Shown: positions 9,484-20,227, counted from the first letter of the stretch. The stretch: 64,000 nucleotides of DNA from Pirellulales bacterium (GCA_040901675.1 JBBDYJ010000001.1:75618-139617), one strand, 5' to 3'. A program made the numbers and translations. The notes: generated from the sequence alone by a model not told the origin.

Positions 9484-11924
9484 TCATTGCCGCCGTGACA
9501 TCCGCCGAGTCCACGCTGCGGACCTCCTTTGAATGGGGCCGGATCCAGGCACCCTCCGACTGGCTGCTGCCGCTGGCGGTCTCGGCCGCCGTGCTGGCTT
9601 ACGTCTGGTTCATGTACCGCCGCGACAGCGCCGAGTTGAGCGCCCCGGTCGGCGTGCTGCTGACCGGCTTGCGGATGGCCGCCTTCGTGGGCTTGCTGGT
9701 GGTGTACCTCGAGCCCCAATGGCGCAACGAGCGCGACCAGATCTACAACTCGCGGGTGCTGTTGTTGGCCGATACCAGCTTGAGCATGGGCCTGGTCGAC
9801 CACGATTCCTCGCCCGTGCCGGCCGAGCCAAGCCGCGGGCAAAAGGTGATCGCCGCCTTGTCGCAGGGCGGCCTTCTGAAGGCCCTGCGCGCCAAGCACG
9901 ACGTGGTGCTGGTCCGTTTCGATTCCGACTCGGGGCGGGTCGTCTCGCTGGAAAAGCTCCCGGCCGCGGCGGACGACGGCCAGACCGCCGAGACAGGCGA
10001 TGCCCAGGTCATGGACGAGAGCCAGTGGCAGCAGGCGCTGGCGCCGCGCGGCCCCGAGACGCGCCTGGGACAGGCCCTGCGCCAGTTGATCAGCGAAGAA
10101 CAGGCGGCGCCGGTGGCCGGCGTCGTGGTATTTACCGATGGCGGCCATAATGCGGGGATTGAGCCGGCAGCGGCCGTCGGCCTGGCCCGCGAAGCCGGGA
10201 TCGCCATCTACCCCGTCGGCATCGGATCGCTGGAGCAGCCGGTCAACGTGCGGGTCAGCGATTTTGTGGCGCCGGCCCGCGCTTATCCGGGCGACAGCTA
10301 CACGGCCACCGGCTACATCCAGGCTCAAGGCCTGGCCGGAAAGGTCGTGAACCTGGAGCTCTACTCGCGCGACGCGGCCAGCGGCCCGGCGCCGGGGCCG
10401 GGCCAGGCCGGCCAGCTCGAAGACAGCCAGGAGCTGGTGCTGGGCGGCGACGGCGAAGTCGTGCCGGTCACGTTCACCTTGACCCCCTCGGTCGTCGGAC
10501 GGCGGACCTTGCGGCTGCGCGTGGCCGCGCCGGCCGAGGACCGCCACACGGGAGATAACCAACAGGAAGTCGATATCGAAGTGGTCGACCGCAAGAGCCG
10601 CGTGCTGCTGTTCGCCGGCGGGCCGTCGCGCGAGTACCAGTTCCTGCGCAACCAATTGCGGCGCGACCGCGATGTCGAAGTCGACGTGCTGCTTCAGACC
10701 GGCAGCCAGGGCATCTCGCAGGATGCCCACCAGATCCTCGGCGAGTTTCCCCTGCAGCCCGAAGAGCTGTTCGCCTACGATTGCATCGTCGCCTTCGATC
10801 CCGACTGGCGCCGGTTGTCCCAGGCCCAGCAGGAGCTCGTCCAGCGGTGGGTTGGCGACCACGCCGGCGGGTTGATTGTCGTGGCCGGACCGATCTACAC
10901 CGACCAGTGGGCGCAGGATCCCGCCATGAGCCGCATCCGCACCCTGTACCCCGTCGAGTTCGAGCGGCGATTCTCCCTGCTGGACGATGCCCGCTACGGG
11001 TCCAGCGAACCCTGGCCCATCGAGTTCAGCCGCGACGGGTTGGAAGCGGAGTTTCTCTGGCTCGAAGAGTCCGCGCCGGCCAGCAGCCGCGCCTGGCAGG
11101 AATTCGACGGCGTGTTCGGCCACTACGCGGTACGCGGTCCGAAGCCGGCCGCCACCGTCTACGGCCGCTTCTCCGACCCGCAGTCGGCGGCCGGCAGCCA
11201 GCAGCCCGTCTACCTGGCGGGCGGGTTCTTCGGCTCGGGCCGCGTGTTCTACCTGGGCAGCGGCGAGATGTGGCGGCTGCGGGCGCACGACGAGGCCTGG
11301 TTCGAGCGGTTCTACACCAAGCTGATCCGGCACGTGACGCAGGGCCGGCTGCTGCGCGGCAGCACCCGTGGAGTCCTGCTGGTGGAGCGCGACCGCTACC
11401 TGCTGGGTGGCACCGTCGATGTCCGCGCGCAGTTGTCCGATGCTCGCCTCGAGCCGCTCGAGCTGCCCGCCGTGACGCTGGAGGTCACCTCGCCCGACGG
11501 CCTGCGCGATACCTTGCCGTTGAGCGCCGATCCGCAGCGGGCCGGCAACTATCGAGGCCAGTTCACCGTCCGCAAGGAAGGCGTGTATCAACTGGAACTG
11601 CCCGTGCCCGAAAGCCAGGAGCGGCTCGCCCGCCGGATCCAGGTCAAGGTGCCCGATCTGGAGCGCGAGAACCCCCAGCGCAACGACGCCCTGCTCAGCG
11701 AGCTGGCCGGCAAAACAGGCGGCATCTATTACGTGGGACTCGAGTCGGCCCTGGGCAAAGACCTGTCCGGAGGCCCCCTCGTCGAGCGTTTGCCCGACAA
11801 GAGCCGAACCGTCACCTTGACCGCCATCCCTACGCGGCTTTGGGACAATCCATGGACCTTGCTGCTGCTTTCGGGCGTCTTATGTCTGGAGTGGCTGGTG
11901 CGCCGGCTGGTCAAGCTGGCATGA
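9480..11924 (+). CDS. vWA-domain membrane protein with glutamine-amidotransferase-like domain
   Basis: Two N-terminal TM helices, MIDAS DTSLS, VVVFTDG, C-terminal 'LWD....LL......EW..RR' TM motif; TTG start overlapping the upstream TGA is inferred. Confidence 0.8.
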   Translation: MIIAAVTSAESTLRTSFEWGRIQAPSDWLLPLAVSAAVLAYVWFMYRRDSAELSAPVGVLLTGLRMAAFVGLLVVYLEPQWRNERDQIYNSRVLLLADTSLSMGLVDHDSSPVPAEPSRGQKVIAALSQGGLLKALRAKHDVVLVRFDSDSGRVVSLEKLPAAADDGQTAETGDAQVMDESQWQQALAPRGPETRLGQALRQLISEEQAAPVAGVVVFTDGGHNAGIEPAAAVGLAREAGIAIYPVGIGSLEQPVNVRVSDFVAPARAYPGDSYTATGYIQAQGLAGKVVNLELYSRDAASGPAPGPGQAGQLEDSQELVLGGDGEVVPVTFTLTPSVVGRRTLRLRVAAPAEDRHTGDNQQEVDIEVVDRKSRVLLFAGGPSREYQFLRNQLRRDRDVEVDVLLQTGSQGISQDAHQILGEFPLQPEELFAYDCIVAFDPDWRRLSQAQQELVQRWVGDHAGGLIVVAGPIYTDQWAQDPAMSRIRTLYPVEFERRFSLLDDARYGSSEPWPIEFSRDGLEAEFLWLEESAPASSRAWQEFDGVFGHYAVRGPKPAATVYGRFSDPQSAAGSQQPVYLAGGFFGSGRVFYLGSGEMWRLRAHDEAWFERFYTKLIRHVTQGRLLRGSTRGVLLVERDRYLLGGTVDVRAQLSDARLEPLELPAVTLEVTSPDGLRDTLPLSADPQRAGNYRGQFTVRKEGVYQLELPVPESQERLARRIQVKVPDLERENPQRNDALLSELAGKTGGIYYVGLESALGKDLSGGPLVERLPDKSRTVTLTAIPTRLWDNPWTLLLLSGVLCLEWLVRRLVKLA

Positions 11925-11946
11925 GAGCCGACCAAGAATCACAACC

Positions 11947-14199
11947 ATGACCGTGCAAGAACAACCACGCCTGGCCGACAACCTCCGCCTCCTGCTGGCC
12001 CGTTTGCGCCGCGGCGTCAGGCGCTACGTGCTCGTCGAAGGATTGGCCGCCACGCTCGTGGTCATGGTGCTCGCCTTTTGGGCCGCTCTGGCCATCGACT
12101 GGCTGTTCGAGCCGCCCCGCGCCGCGCGCATCGCGATGCTTTCCGCCGGCGCGCTGGCGGCCGGCTGGATCTTCTTTCGCCTGGTCCTGGCGCGCCTGCT
12201 CGTGCCACTCAGCGACCGCAGCCTGGCGCTCGTGCTGGAGCGCCGCTACAGCGACTTTGAAGACGGCCTGCTCACCGCCGTCGAGCTGACCGGCCAGCCG
12301 CGGCTGCCGGCCGAGACGCTCGATCACGGCCGGCAGATGCTGGCCCATACCTGCCGCCAGGCTTCGGCCAAGGCCGGCCGCGTGCACCTGGCCGACGTGT
12401 TCGATCCCGCCCCGCTGAAGCGGGCCTTGATTGCCGCCGGACTGCTGGCCGCCTCGCTGGTCGTCTTCGCCTTGGCGGCCCCCGCCGCCTTCCTGCTCGG
12501 AGTGCAGCGGCTGGCGGCGGTCACGGACCAGCCTTGGCCCCGCCGCACGCACCTGGTGATCGAGGATTTCAAGAACAACGAAAAGGTCGTGGCCCGCGGC
12601 ACGGACCTGGAGGTGCTGGTCCGGGCCAAGACCGAGCGGCCGCTGGTTGTGCCCCGCGTGGTCCAGGTGCGTTACAGCTCGGACGAGGGCCGGCGCGAGC
12701 GCAAGAACATGGTCCGCGAGGGCAGCGCGGTCGCGGGGCGCGATCCGTTCCAGGATTTCAAGTACACCTTCCAGAGCGTGCTCTCGAACATCCGCTTCGA
12801 CGTGCTGGGCGGAGACGCCCGCATCAGCGATCTCCGCATTCGGGTCGTCGATAGTCCGACGATCAGCATGGTGCTGGCCTGCCGCTATCCCGATTACATC
12901 GGGCGCTTGCCGGCCGAGATGCCCGCCTCGGGCGTCGTCGCACTGCCCAGGGGGACGCACCTGACGGTCAAGGCCCGTGCCAATAAGGACCTGATCAGCG
13001 TCCAGGTGGACTACATGGCCGATCCCGACACGGCGGCCAGCGATACGATCGCCCTGGCCGAAGAGCGGCAGTTCGAGTTCGTCCTGGACCGGCTCGACTT
13101 CGATCAGACGCTTTCTTTCACCATGCTCGATACCGACGGCATCCGCAATCGCCAGCCGGTCCAGCTTGCCCTGGTCGCGACGCCGGACGAACCACCGCAA
13201 GTCGCCCTGCGGCTGGAGGGCATCGGCTCCGCCGTTACGCCGCAAGCCAGGCTGCCCATCGCGGGACGGATTACCGACGACTACGGCATCGCTCAGACCT
13301 GGGTCGAATACACGATCGACGAGCAACCGTCCCGGCAGCAGCCGCTCGCCGCCGCGGCCGGCAGGACCGAGCTGGCCATCGACGAGGCATTCGAGATCGG
13401 TCCACTCGACTTGAAACCGGGCCAGAAATTGCTGGTGGGAACCAAGGCCGCCGACAACCATTCTCTGCCCGGCAACCCGGAGCCGAACCTGGGCCAGGGT
13501 GAGCGGTTCCTGCTCGACGTGGTCACCAGCGAAGCTTTGCGGGCGATTCTTGAAGGGCGCGAGTTGAACCTCCGGCAGCGTTTTGAAACAATCATCGAGG
13601 AGGTCACCGACAGCCGCGACAGCCTGGCGGCGCTGGAACTGGGCGATTCATCTGCCGAACCGGTCGCACTGCCCGATCCGCTCGACGACCCGGCCGACGC
13701 GCCTCTCTCCGCCCAGCAGGTGCTCTCGCGCCGGACCCTGCGGGTTCAGCGGGTGCGGCAGAATGGCGAGAAAAATGCCGAGGAAACCCGTGGCATCGCG
13801 ATTTCGTTCGACGGTATCCGGGCCGAGCTGGTCAACAATCGCCTCGACACCGAAGAGCTCCGAATGCGGCTGGAAGATAACATCGCCCGGCCCTTGAAGG
13901 AGATTGCCGACGCGATGTTCCCCGAGCTCGAGCGGCGGCTGGAGCAACTCCAGCGGGGTTTGCCCGCCGAAGCTTCGCCCCTGCAGGCAAAACAGGCCGC
14001 CGTCGAGCAAATGGACGCAATTCTCGTCCGAATGTTGCAGGTTCGCGATAAAATGCTGGAACTGGAGACGTTCAATGAGGCGGTGCAGTTGCTCCGCGAA
14101 ATCGTGGCCGCCCAGAAAGAGGTCACCGAGCAAACCAGGAAAGAGCGGCTCGAAAAGGTCAAAAGCCTTTTAGAAGATGAAGATATCGACGATGAATAG
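11947..14199 (+). CDS. Conserved membrane protein (N-terminal TMs, Ig-like periplasmic domains, C-terminal coiled coil; DUF4175-like)
   Basis: Three TM helices, 'A..LERRY..FEDGLLTAVEL', 'DEPPQV', 'ITDDYGI' motifs; operon position. Confidence 0.7.
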   Translation: MTVQEQPRLADNLRLLLARLRRGVRRYVLVEGLAATLVVMVLAFWAALAIDWLFEPPRAARIAMLSAGALAAGWIFFRLVLARLLVPLSDRSLALVLERRYSDFEDGLLTAVELTGQPRLPAETLDHGRQMLAHTCRQASAKAGRVHLADVFDPAPLKRALIAAGLLAASLVVFALAAPAAFLLGVQRLAAVTDQPWPRRTHLVIEDFKNNEKVVARGTDLEVLVRAKTERPLVVPRVVQVRYSSDEGRRERKNMVREGSAVAGRDPFQDFKYTFQSVLSNIRFDVLGGDARISDLRIRVVDSPTISMVLACRYPDYIGRLPAEMPASGVVALPRGTHLTVKARANKDLISVQVDYMADPDTAASDTIALAEERQFEFVLDRLDFDQTLSFTMLDTDGIRNRQPVQLALVATPDEPPQVALRLEGIGSAVTPQARLPIAGRITDDYGIAQTWVEYTIDEQPSRQQPLAAAAGRTELAIDEAFEIGPLDLKPGQKLLVGTKAADNHSLPGNPEPNLGQGERFLLDVVTSEALRAILEGRELNLRQRFETIIEEVTDSRDSLAALELGDSSAEPVALPDPLDDPADAPLSAQQVLSRRTLRVQRVRQNGEKNAEETRGIAISFDGIRAELVNNRLDTEELRMRLEDNIARPLKEIADAMFPELERRLEQLQRGLPAEASPLQAKQAAVEQMDAILVRMLQVRDKMLELETFNEAVQLLREIVAAQKEVTEQTRKERLEKVKSLLEDEDIDDE

Positions 14200-14215
14200 A
14201 AGAAGGGGATTCATC

Positions 14216-16030
14216 ATGTTCCGACGCCGTGCGGTCGAATGGCGCTTCTGCGGCCTGCTGTGCCTGGCACTGGCGGCGGCAACGCTGGAGCGGTTGGCCA
14301 ACGCCCAGCAGCCTGGCAGGCCCGAACCCGCTGAAGCCGCCGAACCCCAACCGGCCGACGCCGCTGCTCAACCCGCCGCCCAGCCCTCAGGCGCCGACGA
14401 GCTGCCGCTGGCCCAGGAGCAGGTCTCGGCCCGCTACAAGCGGTTCGAGGAGGTGCTGCTGCGCATGGCCGAGCTGACCGCGGCCACCGATCCCAAGCGG
14501 GCGGCCCTGCTGCGCAAGGCGGTGTCGCAAAGCAAGGACCGCCTGATCGGCCTGCAGCTCGACCAGATTGTCGACCTGCTGAAAAGCGACCGGCTGGCCA
14601 ACGCCTTCAGCAACCAGCAAGAGGTCGAGCAAGACCTCTCGCAGTTGCTCGAGTTGCTCTTGTCCGAAGAGCGCGGGCAGCGGGTCAAGGATGAGCAGCA
14701 GCGGATCAAGGAGCAAATCCAGCGGCTCAACGAGCTGATCAACAAGCAGCAGCAGCTTCAGGGGCAGACCATCAGCGGCAGCGAGGCCCAAGGCCTGGCC
14801 AAGGGGCAAGGCAAGCTGGGAGACGAAACCGGAAAGCTTGCCCGCGACATGAAACAACCGGGCGACGAACAGGGCGAGGACTCCGACGGCCAGGGCGAGG
14901 AGAAAACTGGCGAAGGTAAAGGTGAGGGCGAAGGCGAAGGCGAAGGCGAAGGCAAAGGTGAGGGCGAAGGCAAAAGCGAAGGTCAGGGTGAGGGCAAAGG
15001 CAAAGGGGAAGGACAGGGCGAAGGCGAAGGGGAAGAAAAAGGCGAGCAGGGAGAAGGCGAGGGCCAAGGTCAGGGGGAAGAACAAGGTGAAGGGCAGGGT
15101 GAGGGGGAAGGGCAGGGCGAGGGACAAGGACAGGGTCAAGGCGAGGGACAAGGACAAGGTCAAGGAGAGGGACAAGGACAAGATCAGGGCCAAGGCGAGC
15201 CCTCCGAGCCGGCCGACCGCGCACGCAACCGTGTCCAGGCCGCACAGCAACGAATGGAAGAGGCCCGCCTCAAACTGGAGAAAGCCCAGCGCGAAGGAGC
15301 GATTCAAGAGCAGGAAGAGGCCCTGCGCAACCTGGAAAAAGCCAAGGCCGAACTCGAGGAGATCCTCCGCCAGCTCCGCGAAGAAGAGCTGATGCGCACG
15401 CTGGCGATGCTCGAGGCCCGCTTCCGCAAGATGCTCCAGATGCAGTTGGAAGTCTACGAGGGCACGTTGCGGCTGGACCGCGTCGCCGATACCGACCGGG
15501 GCCGCAACGACGAGATCGAAGCCGGGCGGCTCAGCCGCCGGGAGTCGCTGATCATCGTCGAGGCCGACAGCGCGTTGTCGGTGCTGCGCGAGGAAGGCTC
15601 GGCCGTGGCCTTCCCCGAGGCGGTCGAGCAGATGCGCGACGACATGCAGCAGGTGGCCGCCTGGCTGGCGCAGGCCAAGGTGGGCTCCAACACGCAAGAG
15701 CTGGAAGAAGACATCGTCGCCGCCCTGGAAGAGATGATCGAGGCCCTCAAGCAGGCGCAAAGGGACCAGGAGCAGCAACAGCAGCAGCAGCAACCGGCCG
15801 GCTCCGAGCCGGAAGATCCGGCGCTGATCGACACGCTGGCCGAGCTGAGGATGATCCGCTCGCTGCAAATGCGGGTGAACAACCGCACCCAACGTTATTC
15901 CAAGCTGGTCGAAGGCGAAGTCGGCCAGGCCGACAAACCGGACTTGCTCGAAGCGCTCGAGCGTTTGAGCGAGCGCGAAGCGCGGATCTTTCGCGCTACC
16001 CGCGACATCGTAGTAGGAAAGAACAAATGA
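14216..16030 (+). CDS. Secreted coiled-coil protein with central Gly-Glu/Gly-Gln low-complexity linker
   Basis: Signal peptide after ATG 14216 (SD-like AAGGGG upstream); long heptad-rich helices flank the GE/GQ tract. Confidence 0.75.
   Translation: MFRRRAVEWRFCGLLCLALAAATLERLANAQQPGRPEPAEAAEPQPADAAAQPAAQPSGADELPLAQEQVSARYKRFEEVLLRMAELTAATDPKRAALLRKAVSQSKDRLIGLQLDQIVDLLKSDRLANAFSNQQEVEQDLSQLLELLLSEERGQRVKDEQQRIKEQIQRLNELINKQQQLQGQTISGSEAQGLAKGQGKLGDETGKLARDMKQPGDEQGEDSDGQGEEKTGEGKGEGEGEGEGEGKGEGEGKSEGQGEGKGKGEGQGEGEGEEKGEQGEGEGQGQGEEQGEGQGEGEGQGEGQGQGQGEGQGQGQGEGQGQDQGQGEPSEPADRARNRVQAAQQRMEEARLKLEKAQREGAIQEQEEALRNLEKAKAELEEILRQLREEELMRTLAMLEARFRKMLQMQLEVYEGTLRLDRVADTDRGRNDEIEAGRLSRRESLIIVEADSALSVLREEGSAVAFPEAVEQMRDDMQQVAAWLAQAKVGSNTQELEEDIVAALEEMIEALKQAQRDQEQQQQQQQPAGSEPEDPALIDTLAELRMIRSLQMRVNNRTQRYSKLVEGEVGQADKPDLLEALERLSEREARIFRATRDIVVGKNK
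14860..15200 (+). repeat. Coding hexanucleotide-like repeat tract (GGCGAA/GGACAA/GGTGAG) encoding (GE)n/(GQ)n
   Basis: Directly visible purine-rich dipeptide repeats. Confidence 0.9.
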
Positions 16031-17100
16031 ACCGAAAACCCGGCTTACTCGTCTCGAACCAGCTCGGCCTGGCCGCTTTGGCGGTGCTGGGCATCTTGTG
16101 TCCCACGGCCGCGGTCGCTCAGAACGCCGACCGCTTGCCCTCCCAGCCAGCGCTGGCCGCTCCCGCGTTCGACGAGGTCCGGGCCCTGGCCATGACCTGG
16201 CTCGACGAGAGCAAAGCGGACCCGGCCGTCCGCGAACAGGCGTTGGAGCTCTGGCAGTCGGCACAGGTCGGCGGCATTGCCGCTCTGGACGCGCTCGCCG
16301 GCACGTTTGCGCTGGCTGATCCTCGAGCGGCCCGGCTTCTAGAAATCTGCCGGAAGCCGCGGCCCCGCGGACCGCTGGCCGAGCAGGACTGGCTCGCGGC
16401 CGAAGACACGCCACCGCTGGTCCGCAACAACCTGCGGCTTGTATACGGCCGCTGGCTGGCCCAGCAGGGCCTGTACGACGAGCTGCTCGCTCAGCTTTCG
16501 GACATCAAGCCGGCCGACGTGGTCGATCCGGCCTCGCTATTGTTCTACCAGGGCGTGGCCCATCACCGGCTTCTCAACAAGCAGGAAGGGTTGGCCGCGA
16601 TCGGCACGCTGTTGAACCAGGTGGCTGCAAGTCCGCGGCGATTTGCGGCCGTGGCCGCCCTGATGCAGCACGACCTGGAAGCGCTCGAGGACGAGTCGTT
16701 GGACCACATTGCCCGCCGCATGGACGACATCCGCCGCCGGCTGGAGTTGGGGCGTGCGGGCAGCAAGGTCCGCAAGATCGAAGACGACGTGATCGCATCG
16801 CTCGACAAATTGATTGAAGAGATGGAGCAGCAGCAACAGCAGCAGCAGAGTGCCGCCTCCGGCGGTGGATCCTCCCGTCCGTCGGCGCCCATGCCCGACA
16901 GCCGGCTGGCCCGGGCCGCCGGCGCCGGCGACGTCAACCGCCGAGACCTGGGCGACTCGTCGGGCTGGGGCAACCTGCCGGCCCGCCAACGCGAGGAGGC
17001 CCTGCAGCAGATCGGCAAGGATTTCCCCGCGCACTACCGTGACGCGATCGAGCAGTATTTCCGCAAGCTGGCCAGTGAGACCGAAACCCCGCGCGAATAA
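16027..17100 (+). CDS. Secreted TPR-like helical protein with poly-Gln and conserved C-terminal WGNLP..YF motif
   Basis: Signal peptide; ATGA overlap with the upstream gene; 'WGNLPARQREEALQ...YRDAIEQYF'. Confidence 0.75.
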   Translation: MNRKPGLLVSNQLGLAALAVLGILCPTAAVAQNADRLPSQPALAAPAFDEVRALAMTWLDESKADPAVREQALELWQSAQVGGIAALDALAGTFALADPRAARLLEICRKPRPRGPLAEQDWLAAEDTPPLVRNNLRLVYGRWLAQQGLYDELLAQLSDIKPADVVDPASLLFYQGVAHHRLLNKQEGLAAIGTLLNQVAASPRRFAAVAALMQHDLEALEDESLDHIARRMDDIRRRLELGRAGSKVRKIEDDVIASLDKLIEEMEQQQQQQQSAASGGGSSRPSAPMPDSRLARAAGAGDVNRRDLGDSSGWGNLPARQREEALQQIGKDFPAHYRDAIEQYFRKLASETETPRE

Positions 17101-17188
17101 AACGCCCCGGCCGCCGCTCACCTGGCCGTGGCCCGGTCGAGGCGGCGGCGTGTCCATGTATCCATACAGCACAAACAGTGAGTGATTC

Positions 17189-18364
17189 ATGTCGGCTTTG
17201 ATTCTTGCCTCGGCATTGCTGCTGGCGCCGCAGTTCGAGCTGAGCACCAGCGGCGGCGAGACGCTCGCCGGCGAGCTGGTCGAGCTCTCGGCCAAACAGG
17301 TCGTGGTTCAAGCTGCCGGCGGCCCGCAGACGGTCCCCACGGGCCAGCTTGCCGCGGTCAGATCTTCGTCCCAGCCAGGCGAGCCCGCTCAGCCCGCTGT
17401 ACGGGTCGAGCTGGTCGATGGTTCCTCGCTCCACGCCATCTCCTACTCGGTCAGCGACGGCGATGCCACCATCGCCCTGGCGGGCGGCGAAGTCACGCTC
17501 ACTACCCGCTCGATCGCCAGCGTCCGGTTCAAGCAGCAATCGGACGAGCAGCAGGCCCAGTGGGAAGCCATGCTCGCCGGCCCCCAGAACGGCGACCTGT
17601 TGGTCATCCGCAAGAACGAGGCGCTCGACTACCTGGCCGGCGTCCTGGGCGACGTCAGCGCCGAGACGGTCCGGTTCACCCTGGACGACGAATCGCTCCC
17701 GGTCAAGCGGCCCAGGGTGGAGGGCCTGGTGTATTTCCATCCCGCCAGGGCCCAGTTGCCGCCGTCGTTTTGCCGCATGACCGACCAGCAAGGCTCGCGG
17801 GTCGAAGTGGAATCGGCCCGGATCGAAGACGGCCGCTTGAAACTGGTTACTCCGGCCGGTCTGAAGTGGAATCTGCCGCTGGAGCAGGTGGCCGCCATCG
17901 ACTTCAAGATACAATTCCTCAGCGACCTGGAGCCGGAATCGGCGCGGTGGACCCCGCTAGTCGGCCGGAGCGACGCCGTCCCCTCGCTGGCCGCCTTGTA
18001 CCAGCCTCGAATGAACCAGGGTTTCGAGGGGGGCGAGCTACGCTTGGGAGGCAAGACATACGCCAAGGGAATCTGCCTGCACAGCCGTTCGGAGCTGGTC
18101 TACCGGCTGCCGGCGGGCAAGTATTCGAGCCTGGCGGCGATTGCCGGCATCGACGACCGCGTCCGACCCTACGGCGATGCCAAGCTGACCATCGCGGGAG
18201 ACGGCAAGCCCTTGTTCGACGCCACTTTGACCGGGCAGGACGATCCCCTCGAGATCCGCATCGATCTCAAGGGTGTCAGGCGGCTCGTGATCCTGGTCGA
18301 CTTCGGCGGCGATCTGGACGTATCGGACTACGTGAACTTGTGCGAAGCAAGGATTCTTCCATGA
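17189..18364 (+). CDS. NPCBM/NEW2 domain-containing secreted protein
   Basis: Signal peptide; C-terminal 'GGKTYAKGICLHSRSELVY...AIAGIDD...IDLKGVRRLVILVDFG' NPCBM pattern. Confidence 0.85.
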   Translation: MSALILASALLLAPQFELSTSGGETLAGELVELSAKQVVVQAAGGPQTVPTGQLAAVRSSSQPGEPAQPAVRVELVDGSSLHAISYSVSDGDATIALAGGEVTLTTRSIASVRFKQQSDEQQAQWEAMLAGPQNGDLLVIRKNEALDYLAGVLGDVSAETVRFTLDDESLPVKRPRVEGLVYFHPARAQLPPSFCRMTDQQGSRVEVESARIEDGRLKLVTPAGLKWNLPLEQVAAIDFKIQFLSDLEPESARWTPLVGRSDAVPSLAALYQPRMNQGFEGGELRLGGKTYAKGICLHSRSELVYRLPAGKYSSLAAIAGIDDRVRPYGDAKLTIAGDGKPLFDATLTGQDDPLEIRIDLKGVRRLVILVDFGGDLDVSDYVNLCEARILP

Positions 18365-20226
18365 AGCATGCCCCACCCATCACTCCCCGAACCACGCCAC
18401 GGCGTAGTTGCCGGCGGCTGGCGTCGCTCGCCGTTCTCCTTTGCGCGGTGCCCGCGGCGCAGTGCGGCCTCGCGGCCGCCGCCGAAGTGGACCAGGCGGT
18501 GCTCGATGCCGAAGCCCAGCGCGTGGCGGTCATCGCCGAGAGCCGCCAGGCCGCCGTGGCGATCTTCGCGGCCAGCGGTCAGGGCGGCGGGTCGGGCGTG
18601 GTGATCTCGCCCGATGGTTACGCGTTGAGCAATTTCCACGTGACCAAGGGCGCCGGCGATTGGATGAAGTGCGGCATGCTCGACGGGCGGCTCTACGACG
18701 CGGTCATCGTCGGCATCGATCCGGTCGGCGACGTGGCCTTGATCAAGCTCTTCGGCCGCGACGACTTTCCCCACGCCCGGTTGGGCGACAGCGACCAGTT
18801 GCGGGCCGGAGATTGGGTGTTCGCGGTCGGCAATCCTTTTCTGTTGGCCACCGACTTTCACCCCACCGTCACCTACGGCATCGTCTCGGGCGTGCACCGC
18901 TACCAGTACCCCAGCGGGACGCTGCTGGAGTACGCCGATTGCATCCAGACCGACGCCTCGATCAATCCGGGCAACTCGGGCGGGCCGCTCTTCGACAGCC
19001 AGGGGCTTCTAGTCGGCATCAACGGCCGCGGCTCGTTCGAAAAGCGGGGGCGGGTCAACGTCGGCGTGGCCTATGCCATCTCGATCAACCAGATCAAGAA
19101 GTTTCTCGGCTGCCTCAAGGGGGGCCGCATTGTCGATCATGCCACCTTGGGCGCGCGCCTCACCAGCCAGGACGACGGCGCCGTCATCGTGGCCGACGTG
19201 CTCGAATCGAGCGACGCCTACCGCCGCGGCCTGCGCTACGGCGACGAAGTGGTCGGCTTCGGCGGGCGGCCCATCCGCACCGTGAACGCCTTCAAGAACA
19301 TCCTGGGCACGTTCCCCAAGGGCTGGCGGGTGCCGCTCACCTTCCGCCGCCAGGGGCAAACGTTCGACGTCCTTGTGCGGCTTAGCGGCGTCCACGGCAC
19401 CGAAGAGTTGCTGGAAAAAATGCAGGGCCAGGTGCCCATCGATCCTCCCCTGCCCGAGCCCGAAAAAAACCCAGGCGAGCAACCGGGCGACCAGCCCGCA
19501 CCCGGCCCCAGTGACCGCCCCGGCGACCGGCCCGGCGACCGCCGCCGGCCGCGCCCTGCCTTGCCTCAACGAGAGGCCGCACGGCCGATGCCCGACGTCG
19601 TCAAGCAGCATTTCGAGTCGAAGCGCGGCTATGCCAACTATTACTTCAACACGCTCAACCGGACCCGGATCCATGCCGCCCTGACCGCTCACGGCGATTT
19701 TTCGTCCGCCGCCGGCGAGTGGCTCATCAGCGGGCAGCTCGAAGGCGCCGGCGACGCCCAGTTCCACGTCTCGGACCAGCAAGTGTCGTGCGCGCTGCCG
19801 GGCGGCGAGCTGACGCTGGACGCCAGCGGAGACCTCACCTCCGCCACCGAGCCGCCGGGCAGCGGAGGCCTGTTGGCCGCCCTGTACTTGTGGCGGCGGC
19901 TGTTGGTGCTGGGGCCCGAGCGGTTCGGCAGCACCTACTATTACGGCACGATGCCGCTGGCGGGCCATGCCGAACCGGTGGAGGTCCTGGTCGGAACGTA
20001 TGGCGGCGTTGAGTGCCAATTCATGTTCGACGCCCAGTCCGGACACTTGCGGGCCATGGAGATGTTTCTCGACTCGGACGGCGATCCGTGCGAGCTCTAC
20101 TTCTTCGATTACGACAAGCTCGACGGGCGCGACCTGCCGCGCCGCCTCGACGTGCGCTACGGCGACAACGTGTACGCCGCTTTCGAGTTGGTCGATTTCA
20201 CACTGGACAAGGCGCCGGAGGACTGA
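18361..20226 (+). CDS. Trypsin-like S1C (HtrA/DegP-like) serine protease with PDZ and C-terminal extension; triad intact
   Basis: GSGVVISPDG, SNFHV (His), GDVALIK (Asp), INPGNSGGP (Ser); ATG 18361 overlaps the upstream stop. Confidence 0.9.
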   Translation: MKHAPPITPRTTPRRSCRRLASLAVLLCAVPAAQCGLAAAAEVDQAVLDAEAQRVAVIAESRQAAVAIFAASGQGGGSGVVISPDGYALSNFHVTKGAGDWMKCGMLDGRLYDAVIVGIDPVGDVALIKLFGRDDFPHARLGDSDQLRAGDWVFAVGNPFLLATDFHPTVTYGIVSGVHRYQYPSGTLLEYADCIQTDASINPGNSGGPLFDSQGLLVGINGRGSFEKRGRVNVGVAYAISINQIKKFLGCLKGGRIVDHATLGARLTSQDDGAVIVADVLESSDAYRRGLRYGDEVVGFGGRPIRTVNAFKNILGTFPKGWRVPLTFRRQGQTFDVLVRLSGVHGTEELLEKMQGQVPIDPPLPEPEKNPGEQPGDQPAPGPSDRPGDRPGDRRRPRPALPQREAARPMPDVVKQHFESKRGYANYYFNTLNRTRIHAALTAHGDFSSAAGEWLISGQLEGAGDAQFHVSDQQVSCALPGGELTLDASGDLTSATEPPGSGGLLAALYLWRRLLVLGPERFGSTYYYGTMPLAGHAEPVEVLVGTYGGVECQFMFDAQSGHLRAMEMFLDSDGDPCELYFFDYDKLDGRDLPRRLDVRYGDNVYAAFELVDFTLDKAPED

Positions 20227-20227
20227 A

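Noticed and set aside
17182..18360. 5' extension making the first HtrA ORF 1014 aa
   Set aside because: Arg/Gly-rich off-frame translation of the NPCBM gene; the signal peptide and ATGA coupling point to a start at 18361.
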